NCBI GenBank assembly: GCA_016207165.1
Contig: JACQQD010000011.1
Location: forward strand, 71,715-135,714
Source of the DNA: Candidatus Micrarchaeota archaeon
GTDB lineage: Archaea; Micrarchaeota; Micrarchaeia; Norongarragalinales; Norongarragalinaceae
Reading direction: 5' to 3'
DNA: 64,000 nt
A model generated the notes under the pieces. That model was not told the origin of the DNA and ran no database searches. It saw only the letters and a program-made list of their open reading frames with translations. This document shows, one piece after another, positions 48,184 to 58,504 of the stretch (position 1 is its first letter; each line of letters begins with the position of its first letter). The position numbers and the translations under genes were made by a program.

Positions 48184-49023
48184 TCAGTCCCGAATGGGAA
48201 TGACGGAGCCGGAAGACGCCTTGCGGGAGAGCTTCTCGTCCACGATTCGCGCCGCCTTTTCGCCGCTCAAGAACATGGCGCCAAAAATGGGGCCCATGCG
48301 CGGCAAACCAAACGTCGAATTGACCGCCATGCCGCAGACGACCAAACCCGGATATATTTCCTGGGTGTGCTCGACGGTCACCTTCTCGGAGGCTTCCGTC
48401 CACATGCTTCCTTCCCGGCCTTTGACCGGAAAACCAATCTTGTCGCCGGCCACCGACGCGATTTCCGTGGCGTGACCGGACGCGTCCACCACCATTTTTG
48501 CTCTAAACGCCAAAGGGTCCACGCACGTGACCCACTCCGGGTAATTCGACACCGCATGCCAGTTGGCCACCACGCCCTTAATGCCCTCGTGGTCGCGGTA
48601 AATCACGTCCACCACTTCCACGGCGTTAAGCATCTTGGCGCCCGCGTCAAAGGCTTTGCTCAAGAGTTTGGTGGACACCTCGTAGGCGTCACCCACATAA
48701 AGTCCGGCCTTGTAGGGCTTCATGGACTTCACGCCGGCTTCCTCCAACAAATACAGGGCCGGCTCTTCCACGACCAACTTGTTCATGAGCATGCCGCCCA
48801 AATACATGCCGCCGCCCGGCTTGATGTTTTTCTCCATGACCACCGTCTTGTAGCCTTTCTCGGCCAGTTTCCACGCGGCAATGGTGCCCGCCGGACCCGC
48901 GCCGACGACAACCACATCGCAGTCCGCAGCGTCGTGCAATTCCTTCAAGTATTCCGAGACAATGGCCTGCGTCACGTCCTTCTCGTCGATTTTCATGTCA
49001 ATTCCCGTCATTTCTATTCCCAC
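48184..49023 (-). CDS. thi4: Thiazole synthase Thi4 (Cys-type)
   Basis: VVGAGPAG, GGGMYLGG, TCVDP, DASGH, PRMGPIFGAM..SG. Confidence 0.93.
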   Translation of the reverse strand: MGIEMTGIDMKIDEKDVTQAIVSEYLKELHDAADCDVVVVGAGPAGTIAAWKLAEKGYKTVVMEKNIKPGGGMYLGGMLMNKLVVEEPALYLLEEAGVKSMKPYKAGLYVGDAYEVSTKLLSKAFDAGAKMLNAVEVVDVIYRDHEGIKGVVANWHAVSNYPEWVTCVDPLAFRAKMVVDASGHATEIASVAGDKIGFPVKGREGSMWTEASEKVTVEHTQEIYPGLVVCGMAVNSTFGLPRMGPIFGAMFLSGEKAARIVDEKLSRKASSGSVIPIRD

Positions 49024-49041
49024 CTCGAAATCCGAAAAATA

Positions 49042-49179
49042 CTAAATGCGTTTCACGAAGACGTCCTTGCCGCGCATGAAGTACCGCAAAAGTCCCCGCT
49101 GGCACATGCCTTTGGCGCGCAGTTCCGACAACACGGATGCCGGCAACGTCGCCGGGTTGACTTTGCCTTGGTGCCTCAC
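49042..49179 (-). CDS. Possible 45-aa protein upstream of thi4
   Basis: GTG start with GAGGT Shine-Dalgarno; VRHQGKVNPATLP...DVFVKRI. Confidence 0.35.
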   Translation of the reverse strand: MRHQGKVNPATLPASVLSELRAKGMCQRGLLRYFMRGKDVFVKRI

Positions 49180-49301
49180 GAAACGACCTCTCCCCCGACA
49201 TACTAGAAACCGGCCCTATTTGAATGCTTGGGATGCACACCCCCCAAAAAAAGTAAGCTTATAAAAAAGGGGCCAGGTACACTTGCTAGCGTTTGGTTTA
49301 C

Positions 49302-49422
49302 GGGCCCGTAGCTTAGCCTGGCTGGAGCACTCGACTGATAAGCGCAAAGCGGTGGATCGGCGCGATCCAACGCATTCGCCTTGGACATCGAGAGGTCGGG
49401 AGTTCGAATCTCCCCGGGCCCA
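49302..49422 (+). tRNA. tRNA-Ile(GAT) with 46-nt intron (49341-49386) at position 37/38
   Basis: GGGCCCG/CGGGCCC acceptor stem; CTCGA-CT-GAT-A|A-TCGAG anticodon arm; GTTCGAAT T-loop. Confidence 0.92.
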
Positions 49423-49462
49423 TTTCCAAAAACCTTTAATTCGCGCCCCGCATGAGGGCTCC

Positions 49463-50002
49463 ATGAAAATCATCCTTGCCGGCGTCTTGCTGGTCGGACT
49501 CATTCTGGCGGGGTGCGTCCAACAAGTTCAAACTCCTTCATCCGACAAGCTCACAAAGTACGCCAGCGAAACCGCGGGGTTCAGCATCAAGTACCCCCAA
49601 GGCTGGAACGTCGTGGAAAACCCGGATGAAGTATTTGCCGTGTTCATTGAGTCCTACGGGGAACGGATGGCGGTGGCGGCCCACGACAACAGCGGCGAAA
49701 AGCTTTCTTTGAAAGAACTGGTCTCCACGTATGCCGCCGGGACCAAGGAAGAAATGGCTCGGCAACAGGCCGGAAAAATCAGCGTCGTTTTTGACGGGCC
49801 GACTGCCATCAACGGGTACACGGCGCATGCCATTGTTTTGGAACAAGACGGCGAAACGGGATTCAAGGAAAAAGCCGTCGTGATTCAATCCAAAAAGAAC
49901 CCGGGTAAAATCTTTTTGGTCGTCATCTTCGCATATAAGAACACGTTCACCCAAAACAGCGCGGCGTACGAAACCATATTCCAATCCTTCCAAGAAAACT
50001 GA
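49463..50002 (+). CDS. PsbP-like lipoprotein
   Basis: ILAGC lipobox; FSIKYPQGW; ends IFQSF. Confidence 0.75.
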   Translation: MKIILAGVLLVGLILAGCVQQVQTPSSDKLTKYASETAGFSIKYPQGWNVVENPDEVFAVFIESYGERMAVAAHDNSGEKLSLKELVSTYAAGTKEEMARQQAGKISVVFDGPTAINGYTAHAIVLEQDGETGFKEKAVVIQSKKNPGKIFLVVIFAYKNTFTQNSAAYETIFQSFQEN

Positions 50003-50006
50003 ACGG

Positions 50007-50567
50007 TCATCGGCCCACCAAGTCCAAAAGATTGGATTTCGTGATGATGCCGGCCACCTTGTTCTTTTTCCGCACCAGCACCGCGAAGTGGTAGTTCAAC
50101 AGAGAGGAAACCGCGGGCAAGGGAGTTGACTCGTCCACCACGGGAAACGCTTCTTCCATGACGTCGCCCACGGGTTGGAAGGACAAGTCCTCCAAGGACG
50201 CGCCGGCCGAAATTTTTTCCAGCACCGTCTTGTCGGAAATGCTGCCCACCGGGTGGCCGACGTCAAACACCGGCAACTGGGAGAAATCCCTCTTCCTCAT
50301 TAGCTTCAGCGTGTGACCCACTGAATCCGAGGCATGGACGAAGACCACGGGCGCGGACATGATCTGGCCCGCCCGCACCACCGTCTTGCGCTCCAACCGC
50401 TCCAGGGCCTCGAAAATGCGGACGGTGTTGGAGTAGGACGCGTCGATGGCATTGGACTCGATTTTCGCGATCAGCGACTGCGAGACGCCGGATTCCTTGG
50501 CCAGTTGCGACTGGGTCAAGCCAAGCTTTTTGCGGCGCGCCCTGATTTCCTGCGTCGACGGAAGCAT
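50007..50567 (-). CDS. XRE-HTH + CBS domain regulator
   Basis: RKKLGLTQSQLA..SGVSQSLIAKIE; FSQLPV; GIITK. Confidence 0.92.
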   Translation of the reverse strand: MLPSTQEIRARRKKLGLTQSQLAKESGVSQSLIAKIESNAIDASYSNTVRIFEALERLERKTVVRAGQIMSAPVVFVHASDSVGHTLKLMRKRDFSQLPVFDVGHPVGSISDKTVLEKISAGASLEDLSFQPVGDVMEEAFPVVDESTPLPAVSSLLNYHFAVLVRKKNKVAGIITKSNLLDLVGR

Positions 50568-50754
50568 GAAAAAAATTGGGGTGGGGAGGAAGGTGGGTTA
50601 ATCCTTACCCTGCCCAACGAAGGACATTCGGCCCCTCTTAACGTGGTACTACACAACACCCCTTTTTATTCGTATCGGAATAAAACCGCCAAGAAGGCTT
50701 TTAAGAAAACCCGCGCACACGCGTTGAAGAATTTTTTTGGAGGTCTCAAAACCC

Positions 50755-51939
50755 ATGGGAACGTATTTTTTCACGTCGGAGTCAGTAACTGAAGGTCACC
50801 CCGACAAAATCTGCGACCAAGTCTCCGACGCGATTTTGGACGACTTGCTGCGCCAGGACCCCGAGTCCCGCGTGGCGGTGGAGTGCCTGACCACCACGGG
50901 AATGGTCATGGTGGCCGGCGAGGTGACGACCAACGCCTACTCGGACGTGTCCGGCATCGTGCGGAAAACCCTCAAGGAAATCGGGTACACCAACCCTGAA
51001 TACGGCTTGGACTGCTCTGACTGCGCGGTGCTTACCAGCATCCACGAGCAAAGCCAGAACATCGCTATAGGCGTAAACCACTCGCAAAACAAGGAGCAAG
51101 GCGCCGGAGACCAAGGCATGATGTTCGGCTACGCCTGCAACGAGACGCCCGAACTTCTGCCGCTTCCCATTTCCCTGGCACACCAGCTGACCTTGCGCCT
51201 CGCCAAAGTCCGAAAAGAAAAAATACTGTCCTGGGTGCGGCCGGACGGCAAAAGCCAGGTCACGGTGCAATACGAAGACGGAAAGCCCGTGCGCGTGGAC
51301 ACGGTGGTCATCGCCGTGCACCACAACCCCGACGTGTCGGGAGACAAAATCAAAAGCGAAGTCATCGAGCACGTCATCAAGCCCGTGTGCGGAAAATGGA
51401 TCGACGAGAAGACGACGTTTCACGTCAACGCCACCGGCATCTTCGTCGTCGGCGGCCCGGAGGCGGACACGGGTTTGACAGGCCGCAAAATCATCGTGGA
51501 CACGTACGGCGGCTACGGCCGACACGGCGGCGGCTGTTTTTCCGGCAAGGACCCCTCGAAAGTGGACCGATCCGGGGCATACGCCGCCCGCTACATCGCC
51601 AAGAACCTGGTGGCCGCCGGGCTGGCGGAAAAATGCGAAGTCCAGTTGGCGTACTCCATTGGCGTGGCACAACCCGTTTCCGTGATGGTGGAAACGTTCG
51701 GCACCGGAAAAATGCCTCACGAGGCGCTGGAAAAACTCGTTCGCGAACACTTTCCCTTGAAACCAAAAGCCATCATCGACCACCTCCAACTCAAGCGGCC
51801 CATTTACAAGAAGACCGCGGCGTACGGTCATTTTGGGCGGAACGACCCGGACTTCACGTGGGAAAAAACGGACCAAGCCGAGACACTCAAGCAAAGCGCC
51901 GCGGCGCAAGCCTTGAGCGGAGGGAAAAAAATTGGTTGA
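50755..51939 (+). CDS. metK: S-adenosylmethionine synthetase, bacterial/eukaryotic type
   Basis: [28 protein letters not shown]. Confidence 0.97.
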   Translation: MGTYFFTSESVTEGHPDKICDQVSDAILDDLLRQDPESRVAVECLTTTGMVMVAGEVTTNAYSDVSGIVRKTLKEIGYTNPEYGLDCSDCAVLTSIHEQSQNIAIGVNHSQNKEQGAGDQGMMFGYACNETPELLPLPISLAHQLTLRLAKVRKEKILSWVRPDGKSQVTVQYEDGKPVRVDTVVIAVHHNPDVSGDKIKSEVIEHVIKPVCGKWIDEKTTFHVNATGIFVVGGPEADTGLTGRKIIVDTYGGYGRHGGGCFSGKDPSKVDRSGAYAARYIAKNLVAAGLAEKCEVQLAYSIGVAQPVSVMVETFGTGKMPHEALEKLVREHFPLKPKAIIDHLQLKRPIYKKTAAYGHFGRNDPDFTWEKTDQAETLKQSAAAQALSGGKKIG

Positions 51940-52169
51940 AACGCATTGCCTCGGAGCGGTTCTAACGGGGCCGGTTTCCCGGTCGCACGACGCCGCCGGC
52001 GCTTCGGTGGCCTTGTAGCCCAGAAGCGGTAGCGGAACGTCCTCCAGTACGCCCACGCCAAGAAATGGAAGGTGCCGAGTCACATCAACGTCGAACCCAT
52101 CTCCAACCGCAACCTGGAACTCGTCGAACCCCCCCTGGTGCGGTCGCTCAAAGGCGTGAGAAACCGGCT

Positions 52170-52766
52170 TTAGAACAAATGGAACGTCAAAACGGCGGCA
52201 GCCAACAAAACGAAGTGAAGCACGCGCGAAACCAACGAAAACAACGCGAATTTCTTGACATCCATGCGGACCAGTCCCGCCACCAACGTCAACGGGTCAA
52301 ACACCGGCGAGGCGGGAATCACGCCGAACAAAACAATGGGAATGGGGCCGTACTTGTCAAACAATTCCTTGGCTTCCTTGACGTCCTTTTCCTTGACGAA
52401 GCGCCGAATGAAGCGCTTGTGCAGGAAAAACGCAAGGTAGTAATTCAGAAGCGCCGCCAAAAAAGACGCGACCACCGCTACCAAGACGACCGGCACGGCG
52501 TTGGCTGGGAAAAGCTTGATGGCGATGGCAAACGAGGCATCCGTGGGCGCGGGAAGCAAGGTGGACCCCAAAAACACGATCAAAAAGACGCCAGGCAACC
52601 CGTACGTTGCGATGAACGCCTCCGCCGTCGTGTAAATTTGCGGAAACTCCACGGCGATGTAGTCCAACGCCAGCAATACCAGCAAGATGACGCCGACGCC
52701 AAACACCACGTGCTTGAAGAAATTGACCTTGGAATGCAACAAAAACGCCTTGACCATAAAAAACAA
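52170..52766 (-). CDS. DedA/VTT-family membrane protein
   Basis: FLGSTLLPAP; FDKYG; DPLTLVAGL. Confidence 0.82.
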   Translation of the reverse strand: MFFMVKAFLLHSKVNFFKHVVFGVGVILLVLLALDYIAVEFPQIYTTAEAFIATYGLPGVFLIVFLGSTLLPAPTDASFAIAIKLFPANAVPVVLVAVVASFLAALLNYYLAFFLHKRFIRRFVKEKDVKEAKELFDKYGPIPIVLFGVIPASPVFDPLTLVAGLVRMDVKKFALFSLVSRVLHFVLLAAAVLTFHLF

Positions 52767-52791
52767 TGCAATTCAAAGTTAAAATAAAATG

Positions 52792-53406
52792 CTACCGCTT
52801 GGCCACCAAACCCAAATTCTGGCCTTTAAAAGCTCGAACTTTTTCGCCGGACGTCTCGCAGAAAACCTCGGCCACCGAAAAACCCGCCGCTTCCGCCAAC
52901 CCCCGTAACTCCGCTTCCTCGAAAAAATAATAGTACCGTGAATGGCCCCGCCACGGCACGTCCAATTCTTTGGGTTTTAACCGGAATCGTTCCTGCAACC
53001 GGTTCCAGACCGCCACGCACAAAAATCCGCCTGGCGAAAGCACTCGGAAAAACTCGGAAAACACGCGGCCGTGCTCCGACGGACGGACGTGGTGCAACGC
53101 CGCCAAACAGATCACGGAATCAAACGAAGAGGACTCGAAAGGCAACTGTTCCAGCCGCCCCAAGCGCGTGGACGCGTTTGGAATGCCAAACAAGTTTTTC
53201 TCCGCCAAAAAAAGCATTTCCCCTGAGGCATCCAACGCCACCACCGACTCCGCGAGGCCCGCTACGGCCAAGGCGTTGCGCCCGTTGCCGCAGCCCGCAT
53301 CCAGAACCCGCCCTGAAAGAAACGGCAAAAACAAGGAAAGAACCGACGAAGGCGTCCTGCGGAACGCGTCCCATTCCTTCGCGAACGCGTCAAAGTCCGA
53401 ACTCAC
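52792..53406 (-). CDS. Class I SAM-dependent methyltransferase (Trm9-like)
   Basis: VLDAGCGNGR; AALHH; RVLSPGG; RYYYFF. Confidence 0.85.
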   Translation of the reverse strand: MSSDFDAFAKEWDAFRRTPSSVLSLFLPFLSGRVLDAGCGNGRNALAVAGLAESVVALDASGEMLFLAEKNLFGIPNASTRLGRLEQLPFESSSFDSVICLAALHHVRPSEHGRVFSEFFRVLSPGGFLCVAVWNRLQERFRLKPKELDVPWRGHSRYYYFFEEAELRGLAEAAGFSVAEVFCETSGEKVRAFKGQNLGLVAKR

Positions 53407-54086
53407 CGCGAAAACCTCAATGCCACGGTATGCGCCAACAGCGTCACGGCGCTTCGGATTTTCGCGGCCTCCACCGGTCCACCGGGCACCGAATGCCACG
53501 CCACCGGCAACTCCAAAACCGTCAAGCCCCGCTTTTTGCACCGCCACAAAAACTCGACGTCCCACTCAAAGCCCTTCGACTGCATCCGCGACAACACCGA
53601 ACGCGCGGCGGCCGCCTTGAAGACCTTGAACCCGCACTGCGTGTCGGCGAAACGCAGGCCAAAAAGCCACTGCACCAAGAAATGATACACGCGGCGGGAC
53701 CAATCCCGGTACCAAGGCCGCCGCACCCGCGCCGCGCCCACGTACCGCGAACCAATGACCACGTCGGCGTGCCGAAGCGCCGCCAACGCATCCAAAAACG
53801 CTTCCGGCGCCGTAGCGCCGTCCGCGTCGTAAAACGACCACACGTCGCCTTTCGCCACCGCAAAGCCGCGGTTCAGCGCCGCGCCCTTGCCCTCCGAATG
53901 CCGAGCAACCAAAAGCCGCACCCTCGGAAAAACGCGTCGCGCCACGGACGCGGTCTGGTCTTGCTCATCGGTGACCAACACGACTTCGAAGGAAATTTTT
54001 CGGGAGGCAAGCAATTCCACCAACTTCTTCAGGGGCCCCGCCAGCCGCTTTTCCTCCAAGTGCGCGGGAATCACGACAGACAACAT
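53403..54086 (-). CDS. GT2 dolichol-phosphate glycosyltransferase-like
   Basis: SVVIPA, GKGAAL, DAD, IGSR, DTQCGFK. Confidence 0.92.
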   Translation of the reverse strand: MLSVVIPAHLEEKRLAGPLKKLVELLASRKISFEVVLVTDEQDQTASVARRVFPRVRLLVARHSEGKGAALNRGFAVAKGDVWSFYDADGATAPEAFLDALAALRHADVVIGSRYVGAARVRRPWYRDWSRRVYHFLVQWLFGLRFADTQCGFKVFKAAAARSVLSRMQSKGFEWDVEFLWRCKKRGLTVLELPVAWHSVPGGPVEAAKIRSAVTLLAHTVALRFSR

Positions 54087-55139
54087 TCAATCCGCCACCT
54101 TCTCGAACAACAAGCCCACCAAAAGACCGCCGGACAACGCCAACGCCATCTCGAAAAACGTGACGAAACGCTCCGTGAACACGCCGAGACCCAACGCATC
54201 GTTTTTCACCAGCAACAACGTGGCCAAAAGCCACGCGACCACCAACCATTTTCGATCCGCGTCCGCCCTGGAAAAGCCAATCCACAAAACCCCAAAATAA
54301 CCCATCGCGTAGGGAAGCGACGCGGCTTTTGCCAGCAAGTCTACGCTCGCGCCGAACTCGCGGGCGCCCAACTGCGGCAAACACTGAAATGCCAGGCACG
54401 ACGCGCCCGTCAACGACACGTGCCACGCCAGGTACGTGAAAAACCCGACCAAGGCGCCCACCAGCGGCAACTCAAAAAAATAATCCGCGAGCCGGGAAAA
54501 CACCACGCCCCGCCTCAAGATGGACAGCGTCCAATACAATCCCGACGTGCCGAAAAAAACCAAGAGCGAAGGCGGATGCGTCAACCCCAAAACAAAAGCC
54601 CCCAACACCACCGCCGCCCACATGCGCTGCAGCAGGAAATACAAGAGGAAAACGACCAGGACGACGCCCAAGGAAATCGCGCTGGGCCGCGTGCCCCACG
54701 TCATCACGCCGTTGGACAAAAGCACCAAAAACGCCGCGGAAACACCCGCCTGCCAGTTGGACAGAGTCTTTCCCAACAAGTAAAACCCAAGCGGCAAAAG
54801 GACCGCCATGAGCAAGGCGAACAACCGGATGGCCCACAACCAATTCAGCCCCGTCAAATCCGCCAACCCCGAAACCAAGGACGCGTACGCGGGAACGTGG
54901 TACGACGGCGTCACGCCACCGAAAACCAATTCATACGGAATCCAAAAACCCGTGCCGTCAACGTACCGCACCCGGCCGGAGTGCAGCAACGCGTTGTCAA
55001 AAGAAGGAAGCAAATACGACGCATCGTCAAAAAAAGCGGCGTAGGTCAACGCCACGCTGAACAACAAAACGATGCCCAACGCGATGAACTCCAAGGAAAC
55101 CCGCGACAAGACAGGCTCCGGCACCTTTTTTTCAGTCAT
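54087..55139 (-). CDS. GT-C-like polytopic membrane protein (core only)
   Basis: DxxxH loop; YHVP; LTHP; C-terminal ERF; multi-TM. Confidence 0.7.
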   Translation of the reverse strand: MTEKKVPEPVLSRVSLEFIALGIVLLFSVALTYAAFFDDASYLLPSFDNALLHSGRVRYVDGTGFWIPYELVFGGVTPSYHVPAYASLVSGLADLTGLNWLWAIRLFALLMAVLLPLGFYLLGKTLSNWQAGVSAAFLVLLSNGVMTWGTRPSAISLGVVLVVFLLYFLLQRMWAAVVLGAFVLGLTHPPSLLVFFGTSGLYWTLSILRRGVVFSRLADYFFELPLVGALVGFFTYLAWHVSLTGASCLAFQCLPQLGAREFGASVDLLAKAASLPYAMGYFGVLWIGFSRADADRKWLVVAWLLATLLLVKNDALGLGVFTERFVTFFEMALALSGGLLVGLLFEKVAD

Positions 55140-55627
55140 TCAATCACGTGGTACACCAACGCGCGGCCGTCACGATGCAACAACTCAAAAAAGCGTTCGT
55201 CCTTGAACTTCTCCAGTTCCGGCTTTTTCCAGCCGTACGCGTAAAAAGAAGTCCGATCCGCCACCAACACGTACGTGGAATTGTACTGCAACAACAAGCG
55301 GTGCGCCTCTTCCGACGAATTCGTCAAAAACACCCTCTCGTTGGCCGAATACCGGTCATTGGGCCGGTCCGCCAACTCCCACGCCCCGCCCACCGAACAC
55401 ACTTGCCGCGCCACGGCGGTGAGCATCTCGCACGCAAACAAGTCCCCCGAAAAGTGCGACAACACAGGCACGTTGACATCAATCCACTCCGCCGCGCGCA
55501 CTTCGTCCTTTAAGACCGTGGGGTTATTCCACGGCTGCATGACGTTGCGCATGACGGGGTACAAAAACCAAGCGGAGAACGCCAAAACCACGACGAACAC
55601 GACGCTTAGAGCCCTTTGGCGAACCAA
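55136..55627 (-). CDS. Stand-alone GT-C-type C-terminal extracellular domain with one TM
   Basis: DEVRAAEWI...LLQYNSTYVLV...FELL...VYHV; start uncertain. Confidence 0.6.
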   Translation of the reverse strand: MVRQRALSVVFVVVLAFSAWFLYPVMRNVMQPWNNPTVLKDEVRAAEWIDVNVPVLSHFSGDLFACEMLTAVARQVCSVGGAWELADRPNDRYSANERVFLTNSSEEAHRLLLQYNSTYVLVADRTSFYAYGWKKPELEKFKDERFFELLHRDGRALVYHVIE

Positions 55628-55929
55628 TGCAACAACCCCAACACCGCCAACAACGCATACCCGCCCACCAGCGTCCAAAACGACAACCCCACGGTAAACG
55701 CCAAAACCACGGCGATGCCCGCCAACAACAAAACCGACGCCACCACGGCCTCCACGTATTGCGCAAAAGACAACCGGACCCGGAAAGGAAACACCAGCGC
55801 GAACACGGCGTCTTCCAAAAGCGGCCCGCCCGACAACAGCTTTCGCCCTGGAACGAACAGGAAAAACAAAAGCGCCAAAACAGTGCGCCCCCACGTGAAC
55901 GCATCCGGTGCCGCCGTCGCCTCAATCAT
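55606..55929 (-). CDS. Small three-TM membrane protein
   Basis: LALLFFLFVPG, similar to the N-terminus of the upstream GT-C-like gene. Confidence 0.6.
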   Translation of the reverse strand: MIEATAAPDAFTWGRTVLALLFFLFVPGRKLLSGGPLLEDAVFALVFPFRVRLSFAQYVEAVVASVLLLAGIAVVLAFTVGLSFWTLVGGYALLAVLGLLHWFAKGL

Positions 55930-55934
55930 TCAAA

Positions 55935-57806
55935 TCACGAAACCTCAAAGACGCGGATGCGCCCGGAATCAAACCGCAATGCGTACGACGCGCCACCAAA
56001 GGGATGAGGGCAAGCGTATTTAGCGGTTTCACTGGGCCCCACGTACACAAACGACACGCCCCATTTTTTGGCCGCGGCCACCGACTCCGCCTCCGACCCG
56101 CAATACACCGCCTGCAACGCCGACTCGCGCTCCGCGTACGGCAACCCATAGTTGTTCATCCAACCCGAATACCCCGTCAACCGAAGCCTTCCCGCCACCG
56201 AATCAACGGGCGAATTGTGAACCGGGTAAGCGGCCACCACCGCCAACTCCGGCACGTTTTCCTTCATCCACGCGCCCGCCTCCAGTTCCGCAGACGTCAA
56301 CCCGGTGTACTGGGACTGAAACGCCCACCCCAAAAACAATACAGGAGATAGCACGCTGAACAACACCACTACGAAGACGACCGCCTTTTTTTGCTCCGCC
56401 AAAAACGACGCCGCCAACACCGCGCCCGGAAGAGTCAAGTACGCCAAAAACTTGGCCATATCCCACTGCGTTCCCGACAACGACACCGCGTTGACCAGCA
56501 AAAACAACGCCGCCACCCACGCACCCAACAACGCCTTGCCTTCCAATTTCGTCCAAACCAATGCCGCGCAAGCCAACAAGAAAGGCAACCCCAAATTCCC
56601 GGCGTAAAACACGACGAACCCCACCGGGTCCAACGGCGCCAGCCAACCCGGCGTGAAACGCATCAGGCCCGCCTGACCGCCCACCGACAACGCGTTCCAG
56701 ACAAACGGCACGGAAAAAAGAAGCCCCGGCAAGAACCACAGCCACAAGCCAAACGTCCGCACGTCGTTGCGCGACTCAAACAAGAACAGCACGCCCAACA
56801 ACATCAACGCCGCCCCGAAGGCAAAATATTGGAACGGCGCCAACATGCCCACCAACAACCCGGCCAAAAACACGTGTTCCCTGCGCCGAGGCACGACCAA
56901 CATCAACGCCAGCACGGCCGCCAACACCGCGATGCCCACCATTTGCGGCCTCTGGACGGACAAGTACCCGCCCAAAAGCGAGGGCACCTGGAAGAATTGC
57001 CAATCGTTGTCGTACGGCGTCTCACGGATCAAGTCCAACGTGGGATTCTCGGCAAAATCCGCAAAAAAATGCAGGTAACCGAATCCTCCGCCGAACAAAA
57101 ACAACAACACCGCCAGCCACGCCACTTTCCTTGGAAGAAACGCCGACGCCAACGAGAACGCGGCCAACAAAACCAAGGCCCCGTACAACGCGTTCTCGAA
57201 ACGAATCAAGCCATGCACGTCCACGCCGGAAAACGCGGAGACCAACGCCGTGTGGAAATCCGCGAAAAAATGGTACGTCAACGGCGCGCCCGCGAAAAAC
57301 GGCGTCTGCGGAGGAAAGTTGCCGTGATTAATCGACTCGATGATCGGCAGGTGCGCGAACAAGTCGCTGTAATTCCAGGCCCCCACCAACACGCCCTGAG
57401 CCGAAGGCACCCACAACGTCGCGGAAAAAAACGCGAACAACAACGCGAAAAAACCCGCCGTGGCCGCCAACGCGTCCAACGAAATCTTCGGAAGCGACGC
57501 GTCCAACCCGTACGCCAAAAACGACAAGACGCCAAAAGCCAAAAGCACGGAGGACGACGAATACCCCAAAGCCAGCGACGCCAAGTACACGGCGTACGTG
57601 GACAACAAAACGCTCGACAGCAAAGCCAACGCCCAGAAAAGCGCGCCGGAGACCTCCACACGCAACCGCTTCAACAACGCGAAACCCGGAAACAAGAAAC
57701 CGAACAACAGCGCCGCCGCCAAAGCCAAACCCGAATGGACGCTGGCCGAAAGCAAGAACAGCCACAAAAACGCCACGGGCCACGCAGCGAAAAGCCTTTT
57801 CGGCAC
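55935..57806 (-). CDS. GT-C-fold glycosyltransferase-like membrane protein
   Basis: DLFAH, FPP..PFFAG..LTYHF, many TM segments, ELEAGAWM C-terminal domain. Confidence 0.8.
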   Translation of the reverse strand: MPKRLFAAWPVAFLWLFLLSASVHSGLALAAALLFGFLFPGFALLKRLRVEVSGALFWALALLSSVLLSTYAVYLASLALGYSSSSVLLAFGVLSFLAYGLDASLPKISLDALAATAGFFALLFAFFSATLWVPSAQGVLVGAWNYSDLFAHLPIIESINHGNFPPQTPFFAGAPLTYHFFADFHTALVSAFSGVDVHGLIRFENALYGALVLLAAFSLASAFLPRKVAWLAVLLFLFGGGFGYLHFFADFAENPTLDLIRETPYDNDWQFFQVPSLLGGYLSVQRPQMVGIAVLAAVLALMLVVPRRREHVFLAGLLVGMLAPFQYFAFGAALMLLGVLFLFESRNDVRTFGLWLWFLPGLLFSVPFVWNALSVGGQAGLMRFTPGWLAPLDPVGFVVFYAGNLGLPFLLACAALVWTKLEGKALLGAWVAALFLLVNAVSLSGTQWDMAKFLAYLTLPGAVLAASFLAEQKKAVVFVVVLFSVLSPVLFLGWAFQSQYTGLTSAELEAGAWMKENVPELAVVAAYPVHNSPVDSVAGRLRLTGYSGWMNNYGLPYAERESALQAVYCGSEAESVAAAKKWGVSFVYVGPSETAKYACPHPFGGASYALRFDSGRIRVFEVS

Positions 57807-58504
57807 TACGAACGAAGCCGCCACCACAAGCCCACCACATCGGAACCCATGCGCCACGCATCCCTGAACAGGTTCACCTTGCTGCCCTCTTCCTTCTCCC
57901 GCCACGCCACCGGCACTTCAACCACGTTCAACTTCAGCCGCTGCGCCCACACCAAGACCTCCGTATCCCAAAACCAGTGGTTCGCCTTGGCTTTCGCGCA
58001 CAAGCGCAACCCGACGTTCTTCTTGAAGAACTTGAACCCGCACTGGTGGTCCGACACCCGTGACCCAAGCCAAAGCCGCACCCACGCATTGTACACTTTG
58101 CTGAACACGTCCCGCGTGAACGACCGCGACGCACGGCTTTCCTTGACATACCGGGAACCCACGACCACGTCCGCGAATACCAAAGCCGGCAAAACGCGCC
58201 GCAACGCCTCCGGGTCAGTAGCCAAGTCCACGTCCATGTACCCCACGAATTTTCCCTTGGACTTAAAAAACGCTTGAGCCAACGCGCGACCCCGGCCCAA
58301 CCGGCCCTTGAACGAAAAGCACCGCACATTCGAAAAACGCTTCGCCAACTTCCGCCCCACGTCCGCTGTGCCATCGGCGCTTCCGTCCTCGGCGATGAGC
58401 ACCTCAAACGAGGTACCCTTCAAGACGCGGCGGGCAGCCCGCACCGCCTTTTCCAAGCGCTTGGCCTCGTCGTGGGCAGGCAAAACCACGGAAAACTCAA
58501 CCAT
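57806..58504 (-). CDS. GT2 glycosyltransferase
   Basis: SVVLPAHDE, EDGSADGT, MDVD, DHQCGFK. Confidence 0.92.
   Translation of the reverse strand: MVEFSVVLPAHDEAKRLEKAVRAARRVLKGTSFEVLIAEDGSADGTADVGRKLAKRFSNVRCFSFKGRLGRGRALAQAFFKSKGKFVGYMDVDLATDPEALRRVLPALVFADVVVGSRYVKESRASRSFTRDVFSKVYNAWVRLWLGSRVSDHQCGFKFFKKNVGLRLCAKAKANHWFWDTEVLVWAQRLKLNVVEVPVAWREKEEGSKVNLFRDAWRMGSDVVGLWWRLRS

Noticed and set aside
49030-49260. TPP riboswitch upstream of thi4
   Set aside because: The conserved CUGAGA and CCUGA...GCG.AGGGA elements were not found. A short ORF explains the region better.
50570-50750. SAM riboswitch upstream of metK
   Set aside because: No AUC...GAU SAM-I core or other recognisable aptamer is present.
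51940-52172. GC-rich spacer after metK as an ncRNA or pseudogene
   Set aside because: There is no SRP or RNase P signature. A coding-like stretch is interrupted by TAG and matches no family I recognise.
52938-58277. Long plus-strand ORFs (768 aa and 628 aa) and similar long antisense ORFs elsewhere
   Set aside because: These are shadows of real minus-strand genes caused by GC-rich, stop-poor codon bias. The translations are low-complexity Arg/Gln-rich with no motifs.
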